A stretch of 27,643 nt of DNA from Patescibacteria group bacterium (GTDB lineage Bacteria > Patescibacteriota > Minisyncoccia > Portnoybacterales > GWB1-42-6). The DNA is taken from contig JAHKAK010000007.1 of the NCBI GenBank assembly GCA_018826025.1, positions 1 to 27,643 of the forward strand. Direction: 5' to 3'. Numbering within the stretch: position 1 is the stretch's first letter; the number at the start of each line of letters is the position of its first letter. Positions 1 through 7,807 of the stretch are shown here, one piece after another. The notes under the pieces are model-generated. The model did no database searches, had not been told where the DNA came from, and saw only the letters and a program-made list of their open reading frames with translations. Made by a program: the position numbers and the translations under genes.

Positions 1-28
1 AGCAAATCAAAGAAAAACATATACAATC

Positions 29-127
29 AGCTAACACGCTATATCCGGCTGCGGCTTCACGGAAGCCTCCGCTTAAATTCTGCTCCGCTTCGCTCCGCAG
101 AACTTCGGATATAGCGATACGTTGCAC
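29..127 (+). other. attC-like integron cassette recombination site (imperfect palindrome with branched centre)
   Basis: AGCTAAC(29-35)...GTTGCAC(121-127); CGCTATATCCG(37-47) pairs with CGGATATAGCG(106-116); two internal hairpins. Box spacing is not fully canonical. Confidence 0.6.
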
Positions 128-184
128 AAAATCGCTCGCAGAGTTTATCCCGCACTTGATGCGGGACTCGCTATTTTCCGTAAA

Positions 185-214
185 TTGACTTATTTTTCAT
201 AAATATGCTATTCT
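185..214 (+). promoter_or_regulatory. Putative sigma70 promoter of hicBA
   Basis: TTGACT-N18-TATTCT with TG at the extended -10 position, 26 nt before the hicB ATG. Confidence 0.5.
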
Positions 215-240
215 AACAACATACGAAATAAGCAAAAACT

Positions 241-465
241 ATGCGCAAAATTAATTTAAAATCTGTGGTTTGGAAAGAAGGAAAGTACTATGTTTCCCAG
301 TGTTTAGATGTGGAGGTTTCTAGTTTTGGGAAAACAAAAAAAGAATCTCTGGATATGTTGCAAGAAGCGTTGGAATTGTATTTTGAGGATATGCCTGTAC
401 CCAAAAAGTCAGCGATAAAAAAACCTGTTCTTGCTTCAGTACAGTTACAACTTCAACATGCCTAA
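241..465 (+). CDS. hicB: HicB-family antitoxin (short, no DNA-binding domain)
   Basis: 74 aa, VVWKEGKYYVSQCLDVEVSSFGKTKKESLDMLQEALELY matches the HicB N-terminal pattern; overlaps the next gene. Confidence 0.85.
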   Translation: MRKINLKSVVWKEGKYYVSQCLDVEVSSFGKTKKESLDMLQEALELYFEDMPVPKKSAIKKPVLASVQLQLQHA

Positions 466-670
466 ACCCTTTCCTCTTAAAACAGCGCTAAAAGTCCTTT
501 CAAAAAAGGGTTTCTTTTTTGTCTCCCAAAACGGTTCACATGCCAAATACAGGAAAATCGGAAACCCCACGCTTACTGTCATCCTGCCAATTCACGGCAA
601 AGAAATACCATACGGCACTTTCAGGTCTATTTTGCGCCAGTCCAAATTACAACAGGGTGATTTTAAATAG
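458..670 (+). CDS. hicA: HicA-family mRNA interferase toxin
   Basis: Start moved to ATG 458 (ATGCCTAA overlap with hicB stop); SQNGSHAKY...VILPIHGKEIPYGTFRSILRQ is the HicA motif. Confidence 0.88.
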   Translation: MPKPFPLKTALKVLSKKGFFFVSQNGSHAKYRKIGNPTLTVILPIHGKEIPYGTFRSILRQSKLQQGDFK

Positions 671-682
671 AAAAATAAATCA

Positions 683-709
683 AACTTCGCTTATCGGTAA
701 CCGTTGAGT
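683..709 (+). other. Right arm of a second, truncated attC-like site
   Basis: AACTTCG-N13-GTTGAGT has the same spacing as AACTTCG-N13-GTTGCAC at 101-127; GTTGAGT fits GTTRRRY; no left arm seen. Confidence 0.45.
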
Positions 710-732
710 GGAATAAAATCGGCTATTCCATC

Positions 733-760
733 AAACCCTCATTTTTTCAATGAGGGTTTT
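733..760 (+). terminator. Intrinsic terminator downstream of hicA
   Basis: AAACCCTCATT-TTTTC-AATGAGGGTTT stem followed by T-run. Confidence 0.7.
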
Positions 761-766
761 TCGTTT

Positions 767-875
767 ACCCCGTTAGAAGTTTTAATAAATATACAATCTG
801 GTTTACTTATAAGCCGCAGGCGATTCGCCCTATTATCAAGAGAGGCAACCGCTTTAGCCGAACTTCTTACGGGGT
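767..875. mobile_element. MITE-like element with ACCCCGTTAGAA-type terminal inverted repeats (copy 1)
   Basis: ACCCCGTTAGAAGTT(767-781) and AACTTCTTACGGGGT(861-875) are inverted, 14/15 match. Confidence 0.55.
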
Positions 876-2401
876 TTTTTATTAAACCGCCAAACAAGCC
901 AAATTAAAATCGCGTAATAGATTCCCCCGCCCAGCCACGACCACTCAAAACTCATTGCCGCCAGCGGAATTTTCGCCAGCAGTTCAATTATTTTTATTTC
1001 GTACGATAAAAATAGCCAGGCCAACCATCCTAAAATCTGGCCCAGCGGCAAAAAAATTAAACCGGCCAAAGCAGATAAGAAACCAGCTAGCATGGTTAAC
1101 GGAATAACCGGTAAAATTAAAATATTGGCTAAGGGCGCGATTAAAGAAAGCTGGCCAAAATTAACGACTAGCAGCGGTAAAACCGCAATTTGCGCGGCCA
1201 AGGTCGTGGCTAAAACTAATTTAACTGATCCTAAAAGTTTGCCGGAAGCCTTTGGCTTAGTTTGGCCATAAACAAACTCTTTTTCCTTGTCTTTTGGCGC
1301 CAGCCACGCCTGTAAAATCGGCGAAATATAAACTAGGCCAAACGTGGCGGCAAAAGATAATTGAAAACCCAAATCCCAAACTAAAACGCGCGGGTTCAAA
1401 TAAACCATTATGGCGCCGGCCAAAACCAAGGCGTTGCGGATTTGATAAAGCCGGCCTACTTGCTGGGCCAGCAGCACCAAAATGCCCATTACCGCCGCGC
1501 GCACCACCGAGGCCGCAGCGCCCGTCATTAAAACAAATAAAATTATCACGCCGACTGAAAGGCCAAAAGAAACCTGCCGGCGCACCATAAAAAAATTAAA
1601 CAGCCCCATCAGCGCCACGGCAATAATTGTTATATTAAAACCCGACAGCGCGATAATATGCGTGGTGCCGGTGCGGGAAAACGCGTCGGATAACTCCGTT
1701 GGCAAACCCCGTTTTTCACCCAAAAGCAGCCCGGCCAAAAACGCCCCTTGCGGTTCAGTTAAAAGTTGACTGATGGATTCTTTAAATTTATTTTTTACGA
1801 ATAAAAGTTTCTCCATCAGCCAATCGCCCTGATTTTGGGCCAAGAGTTTAATTTCCGGAAAATAAATAATAGAAAAAATATCGTCTTTGGCCAAATACTT
1901 TTGATAATCAAAATCCTCGCTTGATCTAGGCGTCACTAATTTTCCGTTTATTTCAATCTTATCGCCATATTGATACATTGGGTATTTTTTCGCGACAACC
2001 AAAATTTTACCGTCGCTTTTTATCCTCTCAATGGAAGCGAAGCCATAGTCAAAAGGTTTAATATTTTCCACTTCCACCGCGTATTTCACGTTATCGCTCC
2101 TGACATCCGGCTCCTCCGCCACCACCCCCATCAAAACAATTTTGCCCTTATCGTTAAATTGTTTAACTAAATTATCGGCGTTTGACGCCGATAGATATCG
2201 CCACGCGCCAGCAACCATCAATATCAGGCAAAACCCCACCACCACAATTTTGGGTTGTTGACCCCACCATATCACCGCCAGTATTATGCCTAAAATCAAA
2301 ATCCCCAACCAAATTAGTTGGGGAAAATTTAACAACGACTGCCCAAAAACGCCAAGAATAAAAGATAAACAGAGAAATAGAAAAATTTGGGATTTAGTCA
2401 T
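854..2401 (-). CDS. comEC: ComEC/Rec2 competence membrane channel (DUF4131 + Competence domain, no metallo-beta-lactamase domain)
   Basis: 515 aa, multiple TM segments, FSRTGTTHIIALSGFNI, ASVVRAAVM, GFQLSFAAT motifs. Confidence 0.93.
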   Translation of the reverse strand: MTKSQIFLFLCLSFILGVFGQSLLNFPQLIWLGILILGIILAVIWWGQQPKIVVVGFCLILMVAGAWRYLSASNADNLVKQFNDKGKIVLMGVVAEEPDVRSDNVKYAVEVENIKPFDYGFASIERIKSDGKILVVAKKYPMYQYGDKIEINGKLVTPRSSEDFDYQKYLAKDDIFSIIYFPEIKLLAQNQGDWLMEKLLFVKNKFKESISQLLTEPQGAFLAGLLLGEKRGLPTELSDAFSRTGTTHIIALSGFNITIIAVALMGLFNFFMVRRQVSFGLSVGVIILFVLMTGAAASVVRAAVMGILVLLAQQVGRLYQIRNALVLAGAIMVYLNPRVLVWDLGFQLSFAATFGLVYISPILQAWLAPKDKEKEFVYGQTKPKASGKLLGSVKLVLATTLAAQIAVLPLLVVNFGQLSLIAPLANILILPVIPLTMLAGFLSALAGLIFLPLGQILGWLAWLFLSYEIKIIELLAKIPLAAMSFEWSWLGGGIYYAILIWLVWRFNKKPRKKFG

Positions 2402-2437
2402 TAAACGATAGCTGTTGATAAAAATATTGACAAATTA

Positions 2438-2466
2438 TTGACCGAATTTATTGCTCGTGCTATCCT
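2438..2466 (+). promoter_or_regulatory. Putative sigma70 promoter driving the small structured RNA
   Basis: TTGACC-N17-TATCCT with TGn extension; points toward the hairpin cluster, no + strand ORF downstream. Confidence 0.55.
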
Positions 2467-2472
2467 ATAAAT

Positions 2473-2541
2473 AGAAAGGTTCCCACCCGCTAACAAGAGC
2501 CCCCGGGCTCTTCCGAAAGGATAGGCGGGTGGGTCGTTTTT
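2473..2541 (+). ncRNA. DUF3800-associated three-way-junction small RNA candidate
   Basis: P1 CCCACCCGC(2482-90)/GCGGGTGGG(2525-33); P2 AAGAGCC/GGCTCTT; P3 TCC-GAAA-GGA (GNRA loop); T-tail overlapping the DUF3800 stop. Confidence 0.65.
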
Positions 2542-3259
2542 ATTTATAGCTATAATACTCAATATTTCCTGATTTAAACATCTCAAACTCACTTTTGACT
2601 TTATCATTTATAAGAATAAAAGAACGATCTTCTTTTCTTTCCCATTTAATGGCGATTGCCCACCCGCAATAGTCAGCTATCTGACAATTTATATCTGCCT
2701 TGGCTTGATGAAAATATATTTCAAATGACTTCAAGCATTTTTCCTTCAAATATTTCTTAAGTGTTCTACAAATTAACGACTGCTTTTCTTTTGTAAAAAT
2801 TGCGCCCAAAACAACAATAATTCTGTCCGCGTGTTGAAAATTTGGTCTATTAAAAATATATTGCAATAAGGTCCGGCAAGCACGCTGATAAAATTCAGCG
2901 CCGACTATTCGACGAATCGCTTTTCCTCTTTTTTTATATTCTTCTATGTAAAGGGTTGAGTTAGCCTTATTTTTCTGGGCCACCACCGAATGAATCTCAA
3001 AATCATCTTTGAGGTTTTTTATTATATCAAAAACTTTATTTCTGATATCTTGCGAATCTTCTGTAGCATGAAAAAATTCTTGATCTATGCCATTTTTTAA
3101 AGCACGGTAGCGCAAATCAATAATCTTTTCCCGTTCCCGCACTGGCAAAAAAGTACATAAGCAGGAGAGGACAAAATATTTCGTACCATTCGGGCTAAAG
3201 TCAAAATTTCCAGATTCGTCAACAAATAAATACAAAGTTTTTGAATTATTTTCGCTCAT
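2540..3259 (-). CDS. DUF3800 domain protein
   Basis: 239 aa; N-terminal LFVDESG and C-terminal QIADYC motifs typical of DUF3800. Confidence 0.85.
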   Translation of the reverse strand: MSENNSKTLYLFVDESGNFDFSPNGTKYFVLSCLCTFLPVREREKIIDLRYRALKNGIDQEFFHATEDSQDIRNKVFDIIKNLKDDFEIHSVVAQKNKANSTLYIEEYKKRGKAIRRIVGAEFYQRACRTLLQYIFNRPNFQHADRIIVVLGAIFTKEKQSLICRTLKKYLKEKCLKSFEIYFHQAKADINCQIADYCGWAIAIKWERKEDRSFILINDKVKSEFEMFKSGNIEYYSYK

Positions 3260-3268
3260 ATTCTTAAC

Positions 3269-3305
3269 AAAAAACTGCCGTCCCGGCCGAAACCGAGAAA
3301 GCAGT
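3269..3305 (-). terminator. Terminator/attenuator-like hairpin in the DUF3800 leader
   Basis: Minus strand ACTGC-TT-TCTCGGT-TTCG-GCCGGGA-CG-GCAGT then T-run; UUCG loop; lies between promoter and ATG. Confidence 0.6.
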
Positions 3306-3321
3306 GAGATTAACTATATTA

Positions 3322-3349
3322 ATTATACCAGCGCCAAAAACCTTGTCAA
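3322..3349 (-). promoter_or_regulatory. Near-consensus sigma70 promoter upstream of DUF3800
   Basis: Minus strand TTGACA-N16-TATAAT with TGn extension. Confidence 0.7.
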
Positions 3350-3401
3350 TAGTTGACACCAAGTCCCTTTTTACGCTAAAAATTACCTTATTTTTCATAT
3401 T

Positions 3402-3500
3402 TTACCTCTCCTCCATAATCTTTATCTCCTCCTCCGTTAAGCCGTATAATTTATACACTTTCTCGTCAATTTTTTTATCGGTTTTGGCGATTTTTAAAAA
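3402..3500 (-). pseudogene. C-terminal remnant of a type IIG/Eco57I-like restriction-modification protein
   Basis: Translates ..KIAKTDKKIDEKVYKLYGLTEEEIKIMEER*, the typical IDxxVYxLYGLTxEEI tail; frame has no start and hits a stop inside the TIR at about 3537. Confidence 0.7.
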
Positions 3501-3531
3501 ATCCCTCGCCCCGTCACAAACGCTGTATTTA

Positions 3532-3632
3532 CCCCGTTAGAAATTATCGGATAATCTTTTAGCTCATAATAAAGCAATCATCTTTAAACAAACTCTCTGC
3601 CATAATAAATTGTCTAATAATTTCTAACGGGG
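3532..3632. mobile_element. MITE-like element with CCCCGTTAGAA-type terminal inverted repeats (copy 2)
   Basis: CCCCGTTAGAAATTA(3532-46)/TAATTTCTAACGGGG(3618-32), perfect 15-bp inverted repeat; interior unrelated to copy 1. Confidence 0.6.
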
Positions 3633-3715
3633 CTTACCCGTTCGCGCCTGCCCCGTAGCGTTCCGCCAGCAGGCGGATCTGCTACCGGGGCGAATTAGAC
3701 CATAGCGCGCGGCAC

Positions 3716-4382
3716 GACATTCTGACATTCTTGAGAATGTTGGAATGTCATTTTAAGCTTTCAGATTAGGCAATAACCCTTCAACGGCTCAACCCGTTGA
3801 GCCGTTAGATTTTTTCATAAGACGGCTTGATGAAGTCGGGCTTTGGCGGGTTTCAATACACTACATCCTTACAAACTCCAGTTTTTAAGGATGTTATTGG
3901 TACATCAATGCCCTAATCCATCCCAACGGCTGGCTGAAGTCAGACTTCAGTAGATTTCAAGTTCTCAAGAACTTGGGAATAAAAACTACTAAACAGACTT
4001 CAACTAGAGTTACGGCTCAAGGCCGAGCTAAGCTCGGCTCAAGCCGGTTTGAGCCGTAGCGATAAAAGACGTATCGGACAATTCTATGGAATTGTTCAAT
4101 GAAACACGGGTTCATTTTAACGCGTAGAAAGCGCCTTTTTGCGATCCCTGCTGGATAATCTTGCTGTCTTTTTCCAACTCGTCCAGATAACGGGTGGCCG
4201 TGGCATCCGAAAGTTTATAACACCACGACATACCAACATTCTCAAGTTTGTTGGTATGTTATTGGTACATCAATGCCCTAATCCATTCCCGCCCAAGGCG
4301 GGCAAGCCAGCGGCTGGCTGAAGTCAGGATTCAGCGGGTTTCACAGATTTAACTTTACGGCTCAAGGCGGTTTGAGCCGTAA
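3716..4382. repeat. Cluster of repeated multi-hairpin units (two near-complete units plus partial modules)
   Basis: 31-bp identical block at 3891-3921 and 4256-4286; 17-bp identical block at 3927-43 and 4311-27 (diverged third copy 3823-55); ACGGCTCAA..TTGAGCCGT hairpins at 3783, 4011, 4356; covarying 32-nt hairpins at 3863 and 4228. Confidence 0.85.
4112..4231 (-). pseudogene. C-terminal winged-HTH fragment
   Basis: (M)SWCYKLSDATATRYLDELEKDSKIIQQGSQKGAFYALK*, resembles the recognition helix plus wing of DeoR-like wHTH; ATG is supplied by the adjacent hairpin. Confidence 0.55.
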
Positions 4383-4466
4383 AATGACTTATTATCAGCT
4401 TACTCCAAAAACCCATTCTTTTCAAACTAAAAAACACCAGTTTTAGCTGGCGCATTAAAAATAACA

Positions 4467-4584
4467 TCACCCTAACCCTCTTCTTGAAAAGGAGGGGGGG
4501 AAATTTTAAATCCCTCCTGCCCTTCTTTTAAAAAGGGCGGGGAAATTTTAAAAATCCCCCTTAATCCCCCTTTTTCAAAGGGGG
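4467..4584. repeat. Three tandem pyrimidine/purine hairpins (CCCTAACCCTCT..AGAGGG family)
   Basis: CCCTC..GAGGG, CCCTT..AAGGG, CCCCCTTT..AAAGGGGG units separated by AAATTTTAAA. Confidence 0.75.
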
Positions 4585-4588
4585 AAAA

Positions 4589-5284
4589 CTACTCGCGGAT
4601 TTCCACCCGATCAAAAAATATTTCCAGCAAGCCGCGCAGCCGGTTAAGCTTGGTTTCATCAAAAGGCTTCTCTTTCATAAAAGCCGCGTCCAAGGTTTTA
4701 ATGGGCTTAAATTGCTGTAAATAATATTTTTTAGCGCCCTGCAGCCACCGGCCAATGCTTAAAATATCTTTGGAGCTTAAAAGCGCCGGCAAAACCGTGG
4801 TGCGAAATTCATAGTCCGGCGCCTGCCGCACCAGCTCCGTGCTTTGCTGAATATTTTCTAAACTAATTTTTTCGCCCGCCACTTTTTTATACTTTTCCAA
4901 CGGCGCCTTAATATCCATGGCGATAAAATCCACCAGCTTGGCCGCCAATAATTTGGCTAACATTTGCGGGTTTGAACCGTTGGTGTCTAATTTCACCAAA
5001 AAACCCATCTCTTTTATCTTTTTAATAAACTCGGGCAAATCAGCAAACAGCGTCGGCTCCCCGCCCGTAAGGCAAACGCCTTCCAATAAGCCTTGGCGCG
5101 TCGCTAAAAAATCTAAAATTTCTTGCTCGCTGATCCTGGGCTGATTTTTAATTTTTTGGGGATCAACTAATTCCGGGTTGTGGCAATAAGGGCACAAAAA
5201 ATTGCAGCCAACCGTAAAAACGGTGGCGGCCACCTGGCCCGGGTAATCAATTAAAGTTAGTTTTTGAATTCCGCCAAAGACCAT
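4589..5284 (-). CDS. nrdG: Anaerobic ribonucleoside-triphosphate reductase activating protein (radical SAM)
   Basis: CNFLCPYC CxxxCxxC motif, GVCLTGGEPT, directly downstream of nrdD. Confidence 0.93.
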   Translation of the reverse strand: MVFGGIQKLTLIDYPGQVAATVFTVGCNFLCPYCHNPELVDPQKIKNQPRISEQEILDFLATRQGLLEGVCLTGGEPTLFADLPEFIKKIKEMGFLVKLDTNGSNPQMLAKLLAAKLVDFIAMDIKAPLEKYKKVAGEKISLENIQQSTELVRQAPDYEFRTTVLPALLSSKDILSIGRWLQGAKKYYLQQFKPIKTLDAAFMKEKPFDETKLNRLRGLLEIFFDRVEIRE

Positions 5285-5286
5285 TG

Positions 5287-5367
5287 GGTCAGTTGGTCAG
5301 TTGGTCAGTTGGTCAGTTGGTCAGCCATAAAATAAAAACTGATAAACTGATAAACCGATAAACTGAT
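5287..5367. repeat. Two 8-bp tandem tracts filling the nrdD-nrdG spacer
   Basis: GGTCAGTT x4.75 (5287-5324) and AAACYGAT x4 (5336-5367). Confidence 0.9.
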
Positions 5368-7497
5368 TTATGCTTTAGCCGTGGCGCGTTCTTTGACTTT
5401 GTAAACCATTCGTTCCCGATATTCTTCCTGTTTGCCCAAATGCCACTGCTGAACAGGGCGGATATAGCCCACCACGCGCGAATAAACTTCGCAGGGCTGT
5501 TTAATTAAACATTTGGGGCAAGTGAAGTGCTCACCAGCCAAATACCCGTGATTCGGACAAATGCTGAAAGTCGGGCTGAAAGTTAAATAAGGCAGTCTAT
5601 ATTTGGTAAAAACTTTTTTCAGCAAGTTTTTAATCGTGGCGTGGTGCTGAATGCGCTCGCCCAAAAACGCGTGTAGGACCGTGCCGCCGGTATATTTAAC
5701 CTGTAAATTATCCTGCAAATCCAGCGCCTCAAAAATATCGCTGGTAAAGCCCACCGGCAATTGGGTGGAATTAGTATAGTAGCGTTCTTTATCGCCGGCG
5801 GTGATAATATCCGGATATTTTTCTCGGTCTTTCTTGGCCAAGCGATAACTGGCGCCTTCGGCCGGCGTGGCTTCCAAATTATAAAGATTTCCCGTCTCTT
5901 CCTGATAGCTCACTAAAATTTTTCGCATATGATCCAGCACTTCCGTGGCGAATTTTTGACCCTCGCTGGTTGTAATATCCTTATCAATAAAATTTAGCAG
6001 CATTTCATTCATACCTACCAAGCCAATGGTGGAAAAATGATTGCTCCAGTAGCTGGGCCGCATCTTTTTAATGCCTTGTAAATAGTGGCGAGAATAAGGA
6101 TAAAGGCCTTTTTCCATGAAATTATCAATGGCTTTACGCTTAATTTCCAGACTAATTTTCGCCAGCTCCATTAAACGGTCCAGGCGCGAGAAAAATTCTC
6201 TTTTAGTTTTAGACAGATATCCCAGGCGCGGCAAATCTAAGGTAACCACGCCAATACTGCCCGTTAAGGGATAGGCGCCAAACAGCCCGCCGCCGCGTTT
6301 ATAAAGTTCGCGGTTGTCCAGGCGCAAACGGCAGCACATACTTCTGGCGTCATCCGGACTCATGTCCGAGTTTATAAAATTAGCAAAATATGGCACGCCA
6401 TACTTAGCCGTCATTTCCCAAACGCCATTTAGCGCCGGACTATCCCAATCAAAGTCCTTCGTGATGTTATAAGTCGGGATCGGAAAAGTAAAAACGCGGC
6501 CCTTGGCATCACCCTCGCACATCACTTCCGTGAAAGCGCGATTTATAATATTTATCTCTTCCTGAAAATCAGCGTAGGTTTCTTTTTGCGGCACCCCGCC
6601 AATAATGACCGGCTGCTGGGCTAAGGCCTTAGGCGGCTTGATATCCAAAGTAATGTTTAAAAACGGCGTCTGAAAGCCCACGCGCGTGGGAATGGCACAG
6701 CCAAAAACGAATTCCTGCATTGCCTGCTTCACTTCCTTATAATTTAAGGAGTCATAGCGGACGAACGGCGCCATTAAAGTGTCAAAATTGCTCACTGCTT
6801 GCGCGCCGGCCGCTTCGCCCTGCAAAGTATAAAAAAAATTGACCAATTGCGATAGCGCCACGCGCAAATGCTTGGCTGGCTTTGATTCCACTTTTCCGGA
6901 CACCCCGCCAAAACCACGCATTAACAAATCATACAAATCCCAGCCGCAGCAATACGGCCCCAAAAAATCCAAATTATGAATATGAAAATCGCCGGAGTTT
7001 ACCGCTTCCCGAATTTCCTTGGTATAAATTTTGTCCAGCCAATATTTTTTGCTAACGGCGGAAGTGATGTAATGGTGCAAACCCTGCAAAGAATAAGCCA
7101 TATTGGCGTTTTCTTTGATTTGCCAGTCCAACTCTTGAATGTATTTATCCACCATCTGCACGGTTTCATCCAGCGCGCTTTGCGCTTCTCGAATCCGCCG
7201 GCGCTGTTCACGATATAGAATATAGGCGCGCGCGGTTTCCACTAAATTAGCCAAAATTAAAACCTCCTCAACAATATCTTGGATTTCTTCCACTTTGGGG
7301 ATTTCGCTTTTCTTGAACCTTTTGTTGAGAAGGTTAACGACTTTATTTGAGACTTTACGGGCGATGGGTCCGTCGCCCTGGCCAGTAGAGGTTAAAGCTT
7401 TGTGGATCGCGTTTTCTATTTGCGCTTGATCAAAACTAACTATCCGGCCATCTCGTTTTTGAATTTTATCAAATTTGGCTTTTAAGGCTGGGGTCAT
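5368..7497 (-). CDS. nrdD: Class III (anaerobic) ribonucleoside-triphosphate reductase with N-terminal ATP cone
   Basis: 709 aa; IQKRDGRIVSFD ATP cone, RSMCCRL, zinc ribbon CPNHG..CPKC, glycyl-radical motif YSRVVGYIRP. Confidence 0.96.
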   Translation of the reverse strand: MTPALKAKFDKIQKRDGRIVSFDQAQIENAIHKALTSTGQGDGPIARKVSNKVVNLLNKRFKKSEIPKVEEIQDIVEEVLILANLVETARAYILYREQRRRIREAQSALDETVQMVDKYIQELDWQIKENANMAYSLQGLHHYITSAVSKKYWLDKIYTKEIREAVNSGDFHIHNLDFLGPYCCGWDLYDLLMRGFGGVSGKVESKPAKHLRVALSQLVNFFYTLQGEAAGAQAVSNFDTLMAPFVRYDSLNYKEVKQAMQEFVFGCAIPTRVGFQTPFLNITLDIKPPKALAQQPVIIGGVPQKETYADFQEEINIINRAFTEVMCEGDAKGRVFTFPIPTYNITKDFDWDSPALNGVWEMTAKYGVPYFANFINSDMSPDDARSMCCRLRLDNRELYKRGGGLFGAYPLTGSIGVVTLDLPRLGYLSKTKREFFSRLDRLMELAKISLEIKRKAIDNFMEKGLYPYSRHYLQGIKKMRPSYWSNHFSTIGLVGMNEMLLNFIDKDITTSEGQKFATEVLDHMRKILVSYQEETGNLYNLEATPAEGASYRLAKKDREKYPDIITAGDKERYYTNSTQLPVGFTSDIFEALDLQDNLQVKYTGGTVLHAFLGERIQHHATIKNLLKKVFTKYRLPYLTFSPTFSICPNHGYLAGEHFTCPKCLIKQPCEVYSRVVGYIRPVQQWHLGKQEEYRERMVYKVKERATAKA

Positions 7498-7697
7498 TTT
7501 AGGATTTCTATATCAACGCGAATTTTTACGAATCTTGTCCCGCCTTGCAGAGCTAAGCTCAGCTTTGCTGGCGGGACTCGCGAATCGGCACGAATTAATT
7601 CGTATTGTGTTCGTTTTAATTAGTATCTTATTTGCGATATTAAGAAAATAAAAATCACACCTCCACCCCTCCAAAAAATTTGTGTGATCTACTGTTA

Positions 7698-7725
7698 ATT
7701 TTATGCTCTTTTTAGAAACTGTCAA
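7698..7725 (-). promoter_or_regulatory. Putative nrdD promoter
   Basis: Minus strand TTGACA-N16-TAAAAT about 200 nt upstream of the ATG. Confidence 0.55.
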
Positions 7726-7754
7726 ACCGGTTAAAAATTTTTCCAAGAAATAAT

Positions 7755-7782
7755 AAAAATCGCTCAATTGAGAGCGATTTTT
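7755..7782. terminator. Bidirectional intrinsic terminator between ftsZ and nrdD
   Basis: AAAAATCGCTC-AATTGA-GAGCGATTTTT. Confidence 0.7.
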
Positions 7783-7807
7783 TATTATTTTATTTTACGA
7801 CGCAAAC

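Noticed and set aside
2401-2607. 68-aa ORF between DUF3800 and comEC
   Set aside because: Runs through the structured RNA and promoter region; no credible start or family
3891-4286. 31-bp identical repeat pair as a CRISPR array
   Set aside because: Only two copies 365 bp apart, embedded in longer homologous units; no cas genes
5368-7497. Intein or intron in nrdD; NrdR boxes upstream
   Set aside because: 709 aa with contiguous motifs and no insertion; no NrdR-like palindrome recognised
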